Below are positions 39,234-48,482 of a DNA stretch of 64,000 nt, piece after piece; position 1 is the first letter of the stretch; each line of letters begins with the position of its first letter. The DNA comes from Clostridium sp. CAG:914 (GTDB taxonomy: Bacteria > Bacillota_I > Bacilli_A > RF39 > UBA660). The stretch lies in the NCBI GenBank assembly GCA_000437895.1, contig FR902162.1, positions 68,289 through 132,288 on the forward strand, given 5' to 3'. Both the position numbers and the translations under genes were made by a program. The notes under the pieces were generated by a model. It was not told the DNA's origin. It did no database searches and saw only the letters and a list, made by a program, of their open reading frames with translations.

Positions 39234-40325
39234 ATGTTAGGAGTTTATATACACATACCATTTTGCAAAAAAATATGTAATTATTGTGATTTTTGTAAAA
39301 TGAATTATAATGAAAAATATATAAAAAATTATCTAAATAATTTAAAAAAAGAAATACATACAAGATATAAAGGAGAAAAAATAGACACCCTTTATATAGG
39401 TGGAGGTACTCCAACAAGTCTTACTCTAGAAGAATTAGAATACCTACTAGAAATAACAAATATATTTAATAAAGAAGATGATATAGAATTTACTATTGAA
39501 AGTAATATTGAAGATATGGATATAAATAAAATTAATCTTCTAAAATCATATGGTGTCAATAGGATAAGTTTTGGTGTGGAATCATTTAACAAAGAATCAT
39601 TAAATATATTAGGAAGAACTCATACTAAAGAAGAAATATTTGATACCATTGATTTAACAAAAAAATATTTTTCTAACATAAATATTGACTTAATATATGG
39701 AGTTACTGATAATATTGATACATTAAAAGAAGATATTCATAACTTCTTATTACTAGATATACCACATATATCATGCTATTCACTAATATTGGAAAAAAAT
39801 ACTAAATTATACAACGATAAATTTACTCCAATATCAGAAGATATAGATTATGAAATGTATAATTATATAAAAGAAGAATTAAAAAAGAAAGGCTATAATC
39901 ATTACGAAATAAGTAATTATGCAAAAAAAGGTTATGAAAGTATTCATAATAAAATATATTGGCTAAATGAATCATATTATGGATTTGGCTTGGGAGCAGT
40001 AAGTTATATTAATAACTATCGTATATCTAATACTAAAAATTTATCTAAGTATTTAGAAGATAATTTCATATTTGAAAATAACTATGAAAATAAACAAACA
40101 AGAAAAGAGAATGGTTTAATATTAGGACTTAGATTAATAGATGGAATTAATTATCTAGATTACAATAAAAAATATAACACTAATATTTTAGAAAAAGAAA
40201 TAATAAAAAAATTAATTAATGATAATAAATTAGAAATCATAGATAATAATATTAGAATCCCATCAAAATATATATATTTATCTAATACTATACTAAGTGA
40301 AATAATAGGAAGTGACCAATTATAA
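39234..40325 (+). CDS. hemW: Radical SAM heme chaperone HemW (HemN-like)
   Basis: YIHIPFCKKICNYCDF radical-SAM CxxxCxxC. HemN-like length. Confidence 0.85.
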   Translation: MLGVYIHIPFCKKICNYCDFCKMNYNEKYIKNYLNNLKKEIHTRYKGEKIDTLYIGGGTPTSLTLEELEYLLEITNIFNKEDDIEFTIESNIEDMDINKINLLKSYGVNRISFGVESFNKESLNILGRTHTKEEIFDTIDLTKKYFSNINIDLIYGVTDNIDTLKEDIHNFLLLDIPHISCYSLILEKNTKLYNDKFTPISEDIDYEMYNYIKEELKKKGYNHYEISNYAKKGYESIHNKIYWLNESYYGFGLGAVSYINNYRISNTKNLSKYLEDNFIFENNYENKQTRKENGLILGLRLIDGINYLDYNKKYNTNILEKEIIKKLINDNKLEIIDNNIRIPSKYIYLSNTILSEIIGSDQL

Positions 40326-40410
40326 CAAAGAAAAATTTAAGACAAATATTAAATCAAAATATTTATAAAAAATATAGAATATTATGTAAAATAAAAGGAA
40401 GTGATTTGTA

Positions 40411-41196
40411 ATGAAAATATTAACATCTCCACGTTTTTATCAACCAGCTATATATATATTATTAGGAATAATTATATATGCAATTATAAAAACAATAATA
40501 CTTAAAATATTTAAAACAAAAAAGATAGATAATAAAAAGAAAACAATAATTTCTCTAACAACTAATGTTATAAAATATTTAATCGTAGCTTTTGTTGTAT
40601 TATCTATATTAAATGTTTATGGAGTAAATACTACTTCAATTGTAGCTTCTATTGGAATAATTGGGGTAGTATTAGGACTTGCTGTCCAAGACTTAGTAAG
40701 AGATCTTTTAAGTGGAATATTAATAATATTTGATAATCAATATAATATTGGTGATACTGTTTTAATAAATGGGTTTAAAGGTGAAGTAGTATCATTAGGG
40801 TTAATAAGCACTAAGATAAGAGGATTTAATGGAGATATAAAATCTATATCTAATTCATCTTTTAAAGAAGTTATAAACTATAATATGTCAAATACAATAC
40901 TATATATAGATCTACCCGTGGCTTATGGAACGGATATAGAAAAGTTAGAAGATACTTTAAAAAGTATGAAAAAAGACGTTTTAAGTATAGAAAATGTTAA
41001 AGATTACTCACTACTTGGAGTAAATGAATTTAATTCATCATCTATATCATATCTAGTAAGCATTGAGTGTGCTCCTAATAAAGGATACCAAATAAAAAGA
41101 GACTATTATGGTTTAATATTAAAATATTTTAAAGAAAACAATATTGAGATACCTTATAATAAAATAGATGTAAATATAAGGAGGAATAATGAATAA
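40411..41196 (+). CDS. MscS-family mechanosensitive channel
   Basis: Three N-terminal TM helices followed by the MscS beta domain (LAVQDLVRDLLSG...GDTVLINGFKGEVVSLGLISTKIR). Confidence 0.75.
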   Translation: MKILTSPRFYQPAIYILLGIIIYAIIKTIILKIFKTKKIDNKKKTIISLTTNVIKYLIVAFVVLSILNVYGVNTTSIVASIGIIGVVLGLAVQDLVRDLLSGILIIFDNQYNIGDTVLINGFKGEVVSLGLISTKIRGFNGDIKSISNSSFKEVINYNMSNTILYIDLPVAYGTDIEKLEDTLKSMKKDVLSIENVKDYSLLGVNEFNSSSISYLVSIECAPNKGYQIKRDYYGLILKYFKENNIEIPYNKIDVNIRRNNE

Positions 41197-41761
41197 AATA
41201 AAATATTTTGAAAAAGAAATAGGTTATTTAAAAAAAGAAAGTAATAAAGAAGATTTAAAAAAACTAATTAATTTACTACCAGACTATTTCTTCGAAATAC
41301 CTGCTTCTTCTACTGGAAAATATCATCCGAAATTTTCTACCACCAAGCATGGATTATTAAAACATACTAAGGTAGCTGTAAGAATAGCTTATGAATTGTT
41401 CAATATAGAAGATAGATTTAATGATGAAGACAAAGACTTAATAATTATGGCCTTAGTATTGCATGATGGATGTAAATTAGGTCTACCTAAAGAAGAATAT
41501 ACCAAAATAGAACACCCACTAATTGTCTCAAAACTAATAATGGAACATCATAATGAATTACAAATGGATATAATAGAAGTAAGAAAATTATGTACTATGA
41601 TAGAAGCACATATGGGTAAATGGAATAAAGACTATAAAGGAAACGAAATATTACCTATACCTAGAAATGAAATTGAAAGATTTGTTCATAAATGTGATTA
41701 TCTATCTAGTCGTAAATTTCTAAATATAAAATTTAAAAATACGGAAATTAGTGAGGAGTAA
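41189..41761 (+). CDS. HD-domain phosphohydrolase
   Basis: H...HD (LVLHDGCK)...H...D metal-binding pattern. Confidence 0.6.
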   Translation: MNKIKYFEKEIGYLKKESNKEDLKKLINLLPDYFFEIPASSTGKYHPKFSTTKHGLLKHTKVAVRIAYELFNIEDRFNDEDKDLIIMALVLHDGCKLGLPKEEYTKIEHPLIVSKLIMEHHNELQMDIIEVRKLCTMIEAHMGKWNKDYKGNEILPIPRNEIERFVHKCDYLSSRKFLNIKFKNTEISEE

Positions 41762-42848
41762 AATGAGTGAATTAAAAATTATTGTACCAGAGAATTTTAA
41801 AGAAATGGGTTCAAAAATTAATACCCATATCCAAGCTCTAAGAAATACCCAAGATAATTATCTAGTAGATATTGATTTAGTAAGATTTAATAACGGAGAA
41901 GGTAAAGTATTGATAAATGAAACCATTAGGGAAAAAGATGTCTATATTATATCTGATGTTACTAACTATGATATAACTTATGAAGCATTTGGAAAAACAC
42001 ATAATATGATGCCAGATGAACATTACCAAGATATAAAAAGAATTCTAAGTGCAATATGTGGACATGCTAAAAAAATAACTCTAATTATGCCATATATGTA
42101 TCAATCAAGGCAAGATAAAAAATCAGGCCGTGAATCACTAGACTGTGCTGTAGCCTTACAAGAATTAGTAAAAAGTGGTGTAAATGAAGTAATTACGTTT
42201 GATATTCATAATAGTGGAATATGTAATGCTATACCAGATATTGCCTTTGAAAATATATATGCTACCGATGAAATGTTATTTAATTTAATAACAAAAGAGA
42301 ATATAAGTTCTAAAAACTTAGTTGTCGTATCACCTGATGAAGGAGCAATGAAAAGAGCAAGTCTACTATCTGATATATTAGGAGGAATTCCTGTTGCTTC
42401 GTTTTACAAACAAAGAGATTATACTAAATTAGAGAATGGTCATCACCCAATAATAGAACATCGCTTTTTAGGCCCAGATTCACTAGAAGGAAAAGATGTT
42501 ATCGTAGCAGATGATATGATTGCATCAGGAGGATCATTATTAGATACTTCAGAAAGACTAAAGAAATTAAAAGCTAATAGAATATTTTTAATGGCAACAT
42601 TTGCCTTGTTTACAAGTGGTCCTGATAAATTTGATTTATTTTACAAGAAAAAATATTTTGATAGAGTATATGCTACAAATTTATCTTATGTACCAGAAAA
42701 TATTAGAAAAAAAGAGTGGTTTATTTTGATAGATTGTTCATATAAATTAAGTTATGTTATAAATGAACTTAATCAAGGACATTCTATATCTAGTATACTA
42801 GACGGAGAAGCCAACATTATAGAAAAATTAAAGGATGTGAATATATGA
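41751..42848 (+). CDS. prs: Ribose-phosphate pyrophosphokinase family (PRPP synthetase-like, with insertion)
   Basis: PYMYQSRQDKK (compare PYFGYARQDRR), VVSPDEGAMKRA, PRPP-binding DDMIASGGSL. Confidence 0.65.
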   Translation: MRSKMSELKIIVPENFKEMGSKINTHIQALRNTQDNYLVDIDLVRFNNGEGKVLINETIREKDVYIISDVTNYDITYEAFGKTHNMMPDEHYQDIKRILSAICGHAKKITLIMPYMYQSRQDKKSGRESLDCAVALQELVKSGVNEVITFDIHNSGICNAIPDIAFENIYATDEMLFNLITKENISSKNLVVVSPDEGAMKRASLLSDILGGIPVASFYKQRDYTKLENGHHPIIEHRFLGPDSLEGKDVIVADDMIASGGSLLDTSERLKKLKANRIFLMATFALFTSGPDKFDLFYKKKYFDRVYATNLSYVPENIRKKEWFILIDCSYKLSYVINELNQGHSISSILDGEANIIEKLKDVNI

Positions 42849-43210
42849 AATTAAATAACAAAGGCTTTACACTAATAGAATTATTAGCAGTAATAGTTTT
42901 ACTAATAGCTATATCAGCCATTGCTATACCAAGTATTACTGCCTCAATAGAAAGAAGCAAAGCCAAACAAGATGATGCCAAAAAAAGAATTATTGAATCT
43001 TCAGCAGAATTATACTATTCAAATAATAAAAATAAATTAACTAATTTTAAAAATGGTACTTGTTATATAAGTGTAGATGACTTAGATTTAACTGACAAAG
43101 AAAAAACAGATCCATATAACAATACATATAATGGTGGAGTGGTTTATGAAAATAAAAAATATGTATATAAAGATGCAGATGAAATAAAAATAAGTAAATG
43201 TAACATCTAG
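42845..43210 (+). CDS. Type IV pilin/pseudopilin-like (ComGC/PilA-like)
   Basis: Prepilin leader MKLNNKG|FTLIELLAVIVLLIAI. Start overlaps the prs stop. Confidence 0.6.
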   Translation: MKLNNKGFTLIELLAVIVLLIAISAIAIPSITASIERSKAKQDDAKKRIIESSAELYYSNNKNKLTNFKNGTCYISVDDLDLTDKEKTDPYNNTYNGGVVYENKKYVYKDADEIKISKCNI

Positions 43211-43218
43211 GAGGATAA

Positions 43219-43674
43219 ATGAATAATAAAGGGTTTATGATAACAGAAGTTGTAGTCGTATCAGTAATAGTATTATCTGTATTAGTAACTATGTATGTAA
43301 GTTATGGAAAACTATTTACGGGATTTAAAGAAAAAATAAATTATTATAATCCTGATAGTATATACAAGTTAGCTAATGTAAGAGATGCAATGATAAAAGA
43401 TGGAACATTAAATACTCTAATAAAAGAATATACAAGTACAATAAAAATAGATAGTTATTGTAAAGGACTATGTAATGAATTAAAAAGTACAAACAATATA
43501 TATATATCTAATTATGAAGACTTAGAAAAAATTAATAATACTAATCAAACTTTTAAAGACTATATAGCCTTCTTAGAAAATAATATTGAAAATAAAAATA
43601 ATTATTATCTTATAATAGAAACAGAAGTATATAATAACTATTATTATTCGTATTTAGAGGTAGAAAAACTATGA
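43219..43674 (+). CDS. Minor pilin-like protein
   Basis: MNNKGFMITEVVVVSVIVL N-terminus, a prepilin-like leader with Glu+5. Confidence 0.5.
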   Translation: MNNKGFMITEVVVVSVIVLSVLVTMYVSYGKLFTGFKEKINYYNPDSIYKLANVRDAMIKDGTLNTLIKEYTSTIKIDSYCKGLCNELKSTNNIYISNYEDLEKINNTNQTFKDYIAFLENNIENKNNYYLIIETEVYNNYYYSYLEVEKL

Positions 43675-44150
43675 AAAAATTAAACAATAAAGGTTATCTA
43701 ACTGTTGAAGTAGTATTAGCAAGTGTAATAGCTTTTGGTCTTGCATATTTCTTATTGAATCTAACTATTAAAGTAAAAGATAAGAATGACGATATGTTAG
43801 TTAAAACAATACTAATTAATGATAAGGCTATAATAGAAAATAATATTATGAAAGATAATGATAAATATACTAGTGTAGAATTAGAAGAATGTGCGCAAAA
43901 AAAATGTACAATCAGTTTTCTATCAGATACAAATAATAAACTAATATATATAAATGTAGAAGGTAAATATCCTAAAATCGAGTGTAGAACAGATGGAAAT
44001 TTAACATTTTCTAAAGAGTTTAGTAAATATGCTAATGTAGGAAATATAAATATTAATGAAACTAGTGATTTATTATCAATAACAATACCTATCACTAATG
44101 AGTTTATAAAAGATTATAATTTTGATATAAATATAGAATTAATAAAATAG
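43671..44150 (+). CDS. Minor pilin-like protein
   Basis: MKKLNNKGYLTVEVVLASVIAF prepilin-like leader. Overlaps the preceding gene. Confidence 0.5.
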   Translation: MKKLNNKGYLTVEVVLASVIAFGLAYFLLNLTIKVKDKNDDMLVKTILINDKAIIENNIMKDNDKYTSVELEECAQKKCTISFLSDTNNKLIYINVEGKYPKIECRTDGNLTFSKEFSKYANVGNININETSDLLSITIPITNEFIKDYNFDINIELIK

Positions 44151-44174
44151 TACCTTAATTAGGTACTATTTTAT
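44148..44174. terminator. Bidirectional rho-independent terminator between the pilin cluster and def
   Basis: TAGTACCT-taatt-AGGTACTA hairpin flanked by T-runs on both strands. Confidence 0.6.
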
Positions 44175-44752
44175 ATTTCTCTCATAAAATCTTTGTCTTT
44201 AAATGGATTATCTGGATCAATTTTATCAACAAACAATATTCCATTCAAGTGATCAAGTTCATGCTGAAAAGCAATTGATAGTTCTTCTCTAGCTCTATAT
44301 CTTATAGGATTACCATCAACATCATATCCAGTAAAAGTAACTCTAGCATATCTAGGAACAATACCAACGACATCTCTATTAACACTTAAACAGCCTTCTC
44401 CTTCAGATGCATATATAAGTTCTTCAGAATTAGAAATAAGTTTAGGATTAATTAATACATAATCCTTAAATTTGCCAGGTTCCTCTTCATGACAAACCAC
44501 AAAAAATCTTTCATTAACGCCAACTTGTGGAGCAGCAAGACCCATACCAGGACGAAGATCATATTTTTCAGCATATTCTTCTATCTGACTTAATCTTAAA
44601 TGTTCTAGCATATCGTGAATTAATTTCTTTTTTTCATTTGATAAAGGAAAAACAACCTCTTTATTTTCAGCTCTAACTCTTTTATCTTTTTCATCAAGAA
44701 TATCACAAGTTCTAAGCATACTATCCCTTCTTTCCAAGAAGTATTTTAACAC
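44171..44752 (-). CDS. def: Peptide deformylase
   Basis: GLAAPQVG, EGCLS and HELDHL motifs. Confidence 0.9.
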   Translation of the reverse strand: MLKYFLERRDSMLRTCDILDEKDKRVRAENKEVVFPLSNEKKKLIHDMLEHLRLSQIEEYAEKYDLRPGMGLAAPQVGVNERFFVVCHEEEPGKFKDYVLINPKLISNSEELIYASEGEGCLSVNRDVVGIVPRYARVTFTGYDVDGNPIRYRAREELSIAFQHELDHLNGILFVDKIDPDNPFKDKDFMREI

Positions 44753-44793
44753 ATAATATAAAAAAAGGGAAGCATTTCCCTTAAAATATAGAG

Positions 44794-45000
44794 CTAGGCA
44801 TTAAAAGTTCTAGTACCTATAATTATAACTAGTAAAATAAATAGTACTAAAACAATAGCAGCAGCACTTCCATATCCTCCATATCCTCCGCATCCACAGC
44901 TAGGATATCCGTAACTAGGATATGATTGATATGAAGCACCACATCCACATCCACTAGTACCTGTGCCATATCCACTATTGTATCCACCATAGTAATACAT
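44794..45000 (-). CDS. YjcZ-like tiny Gly/Tyr/Cys-rich transmembrane (sporulation-family) peptide
   Basis: G/Y/C-rich N-terminus (YYYGGYNSGYGTGTSGCGCG...) followed by a single TM AAAIVLVLFILLVIIIG. Strong RBS AGGAGG. Confidence 0.5.
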   Translation of the reverse strand: MYYYGGYNSGYGTGTSGCGCGASYQSYPSYGYPSCGCGGYGGYGSAAAIVLVLFILLVIIIGTRTFNA

Positions 45001-45137
45001 AATAAATACCTCCTTTAAGTATCTAATATAGTTTACTCAAAAAAGCAAAAATGGTTAAAGTAAAATACCCAATTTAAAAAAATGTTTACTTTTTTTGAAT
45101 TTTTAGTATAATTATAATAAAGAATAGAGGGAATAAT

Positions 45138-45830
45138 ATGAGTTTAGAAAAGTTTATAGTTTATTTATTAATATGTTTTTTTCTAAGTTTTTTTATAGGA
45201 ATAGAAAGACAATATAGACACCGTTCTGTAGGTCTTAGAACAACTATTCTAGTAGCTATAGGATCATATTTATTTGTTAATTTTTCATTTTTATTAAATG
45301 GATATAACATAGATGTAACAAGAATAGCTGCTCAAATAGTAACAGGAATAGGTTTCTTAGGAGCTGGAGTAATATTAAAAGATGGAGTAAAAATTAGAGG
45401 ATTAACAACAGCAGCAACATTATGGTGTACAGCATCAATAGGAGTTTTATGTGCTAGTGGTTTTATACTTGAAGCAATATCAGGAACAGTAATAATTTTG
45501 TTCTCTAATGTTTTTCTAAGATATGTTAATAAAATAGTCAATCAAAAAAGTAAATATGAACAAACAAAGGAAGAATTTAAAGTTACAATTACTTCCTCAA
45601 AAGATAGAATAAAAGAACTAATAAAAGATATTACCAGTAATACAAAATTTAATATAAACAAACTAGATGTTAAGAAAAATACTATTATTTTAAATATTAC
45701 TTTTTTTAAACCAGAAGAAAAACAAATAACAGAATTTATTGATATAATAAATAAAAAATATGAAATAGAAGAATATAGTTATGAAAAATTAAAAGAAGAA
45801 ATAAAGATAGAAGAGTATGATGAACTATAA
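45138..45830 (+). CDS. mgtC: MgtC/SapB-family membrane protein
   Basis: IGIERQYRHRSVGLRTTILVAIGS N-terminal signature and 4-5 TM helices. Upstream promoter TTTACT-N17-ATAATT-like. Confidence 0.75.
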   Translation: MSLEKFIVYLLICFFLSFFIGIERQYRHRSVGLRTTILVAIGSYLFVNFSFLLNGYNIDVTRIAAQIVTGIGFLGAGVILKDGVKIRGLTTAATLWCTASIGVLCASGFILEAISGTVIILFSNVFLRYVNKIVNQKSKYEQTKEEFKVTITSSKDRIKELIKDITSNTKFNINKLDVKKNTIILNITFFKPEEKQITEFIDIINKKYEIEEYSYEKLKEEIKIEEYDEL

Positions 45831-45856
45831 ATTGTAAATTACTATAGGGAGAAAAT

Positions 45857-47383
45857 ATGAGAACAAAAAAAATGCTATTAAATGTAATTACAGATATATT
45901 ACCATATATTATAATTGGAGTAATTGGTCTAGTCAAAATGAATGTTTTGATTAAATATGTAGGAGATGTAGGAAATGGTTATTATCAAACTATAAACCAA
46001 ATTATATCTTATGTCTTTTTAGCACAATTTGGTTTTGACGATGCTGTAATTTATAGTTTATATAAGCCATTTGCTGAAAAAAATAAAGATGATATTAATA
46101 GAATATATTCTGGAAGCAGATATATATTTAAAATAATTGGTATAATAATAATTGCCATAGTAGCCATAGTTAGTTTAGGATTATATCTATTCTATGGATT
46201 TACAGATGGTTATAGAAGCAGTGCTTTAATATGTTTTATAGTAATATGTTGTTCTTATTTAATAGCATATTTTGGAAAAACGCAGACATATCGTTCCATA
46301 TTATGTTCTAATCAAGAAAAATATATTTATTCTAGTGTTATAAATACTTTTAAAATAATATGTGATTTATTAATAATTTTTGCATCTATAAAATTTAGAA
46401 ATTTAGAAAGTATAGCAATTGTTATATTAATTGTAAAAATACTAGAAGAAATAACTATGCGAATAGTTGTTAAAAAGAGATATTATTGGTTAAAAGAAGT
46501 AGAAAACAAGAATACTACTATGGTAAAAATGGTAAAAGATTTAGGTGTAAGTCAAATAGGCTATTTAATACTAAATAATGTAGATGCCATATTATTGATG
46601 GGATTTCTAGGACCAACCATAGTAAGTATATATACAACATATAACTATATATTAAGGTTTTTATCAGAAATAGCCTCTAGAATACAAGTAGTATCAGTAT
46701 ATTCATTTGGTAATGTTTTAGCAAGTGATGAAAAAGAAGAAAAAGTTATTGGTTTATATAATGAATCATTTACGTTATTTTCAATTATTTCTTTTTCCTT
46801 ATCATTAACATTTTTACTAGGAATAAGAACTTTTGTAAATCTATGGATAAATGATCCAACATATATTCTAAGTTACAGAACAGCTGTATTATTTACTGCA
46901 ACACTATTCTTAGGTATTATATACTACCCATTATTAACCCTAATAAATGCTAATGGACAATTTAAAACCAATAAGAATCATACATTAACATGCGCTATAA
47001 TTAATTTAATATTATCATTTGTATTAATTAAACCTTATGGTATAGATGGTTTATTATTTGCTACATCTTTAGCATATTTTGTAAATATTATCCTAAAAGC
47101 TAAGGATACTGGTAAAACAAACTTAAAAAAATTAGGTGTACATAAAGTAGTAACAACATATATGATAACAGTAATAATATTTTTTATAGTATGTTATTTA
47201 TTTAAATATATTGAAATACTTTTCTTCAATAATATTCATTCTATATTAACTTGTGTCATAGTATTAGGAATTACCTTTATAGTATTAATATTCCTAATAA
47301 CTGCAATTATGTACATGATTACCCCAGCTACTAAAGAATTATTGAATAGAGGAAAAAAATTAATAAAAAGAAAATCATCATAA
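45857..47383 (+). CDS. MOP-superfamily oligo/polysaccharide flippase (Wzx/SpoVB-like)
   Basis: About 14 predicted TM helices, 508 aa. MOP-like N-terminus. Confidence 0.6.
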   Translation: MRTKKMLLNVITDILPYIIIGVIGLVKMNVLIKYVGDVGNGYYQTINQIISYVFLAQFGFDDAVIYSLYKPFAEKNKDDINRIYSGSRYIFKIIGIIIIAIVAIVSLGLYLFYGFTDGYRSSALICFIVICCSYLIAYFGKTQTYRSILCSNQEKYIYSSVINTFKIICDLLIIFASIKFRNLESIAIVILIVKILEEITMRIVVKKRYYWLKEVENKNTTMVKMVKDLGVSQIGYLILNNVDAILLMGFLGPTIVSIYTTYNYILRFLSEIASRIQVVSVYSFGNVLASDEKEEKVIGLYNESFTLFSIISFSLSLTFLLGIRTFVNLWINDPTYILSYRTAVLFTATLFLGIIYYPLLTLINANGQFKTNKNHTLTCAIINLILSFVLIKPYGIDGLLFATSLAYFVNIILKAKDTGKTNLKKLGVHKVVTTYMITVIIFFIVCYLFKYIEILFFNNIHSILTCVIVLGITFIVLIFLITAIMYMITPATKELLNRGKKLIKRKSS

Positions 47384-47412
47384 GAGAATGAAAAAACACA
47401 TTCTCTTTTTTA
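47384..47412 (+). terminator. Rho-independent terminator
   Basis: AGAGAATG-aaaaaac-CATTCTCT hairpin followed by TTTTT. Confidence 0.65.
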
Positions 47413-47503
47413 ATTTGAAAAAAAATAATAAAATTAAAAAAAATAAAAGTAATTTTAAAATTTATTTCGTATAATATTAATGAAAGGACCAAACAAAGGT
47501 ATC

Positions 47504-47569
47504 GTAAGTAGAATATGTCTGTAAGTAGAATATGTCGTTATTGACATTGATAATTATATCTAATATAAT
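47504..47569 (+). promoter_or_regulatory. Tandem 16-bp direct repeats abutting a perfect consensus sigma-A promoter
   Basis: GTAAGTAGAATATGTC at 47504-47519 and again at 47521-47536. TTGACA at 47541-47546, 17-bp spacer, TATAAT at 47564-47569. The ATG lies 20 nt downstream. Confidence 0.6.
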
Positions 47570-47588
47570 AAAAATCAAGGAGGATTAT

Positions 47589-48482
47589 ATGCTTGAAGTA
47601 CAAAATGTTACAAAAAAATATGGAAATATAACAGCTGTAGATAATTTATCATTTACTGTTGAAGAAGGATGTATATTTGGATTATTAGGACTAAATGGAG
47701 CAGGAAAAACGACGACTTTTAGAATGATCTTAGGGCTTATTGATGATTATGATGGAAAAATACTATTAAATGGAAAAAAAATAGATTACAAAGTAACGGA
47801 CATTATAGGATTTTTAACAGAAGAGAGAAGTTTATTAACAAAACTTACCGTCGATGAACAAATAAAGTTTTATGGCGCATTAAAGTCATTAGACGAAAAA
47901 ACAATCGAAGAAAGATTAGATTACTGGTTAGAGAGATTTAACATAAAAGAATATAAATCGAGAAAAATAAAGTCGTTATCTAAAGGGAATCAACAAAAAA
48001 TACAATTTATATCAGCTATCATTAATGAACCAAAATTATTGATACTAGATGAACCATTTTCAGGACTGGATCCAGTTAACGTTGAATTATTCAAAAACAT
48101 AATATTAGAACTAAAGAAGAAAGGAACAATAATAATATTCTCTTCTCATAGAATGGAACACGTCGAATTATTTTGTGAAAAGTTAGTAGTTTTAGTAAAA
48201 GGAAAGTGTGTTCTAAGTGGGTATTTGAAAGATATTAAAGATAAGTATAAAAAGAAAAATATAATTGTTAAGGGTGATTTTAATATAGATAAAATAAAAA
48301 AATTAGATGGTGTAATAGATATTAAAGAAGAAAATAATAAATATATAATATCAATTGAGGATGATAGTTATACTAATAAAATATTCAAAGAAATAAGCAA
48401 ATATGATATAAAAATGTTTTCTGAAGAAGATCCATCTCTTAATGAAATATTTCTATCAGTAGTAGGTGAAAATTATGAATAA
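47589..48482 (+). CDS. ABC transporter ATP-binding protein (ABC-2 type)
   Basis: Walker A GLNGAGKTTT, signature LSKGNQQK, Walker B LILDEP. Confidence 0.85.
   Translation: MLEVQNVTKKYGNITAVDNLSFTVEEGCIFGLLGLNGAGKTTTFRMILGLIDDYDGKILLNGKKIDYKVTDIIGFLTEERSLLTKLTVDEQIKFYGALKSLDEKTIEERLDYWLERFNIKEYKSRKIKSLSKGNQQKIQFISAIINEPKLLILDEPFSGLDPVNVELFKNIILELKKKGTIIIFSSHRMEHVELFCEKLVVLVKGKCVLSGYLKDIKDKYKKKNIIVKGDFNIDKIKKLDGVIDIKEENNKYIISIEDDSYTNKIFKEISKYDIKMFSEEDPSLNEIFLSVVGENYE

Noticed and set aside
45001-45137. Mg2+ (M-box) riboswitch upstream of mgtC
   Set aside because: Intergenic space (~137 nt) is mostly a promoter and too short for the ~160-nt M-box. No conserved M-box motifs seen.
47504-47536. 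CRISPR array
   Set aside because: Only two copies of a 16-bp repeat with a 1-nt spacer. No spacers and no cas genes. Interpreted as a regulator binding site.
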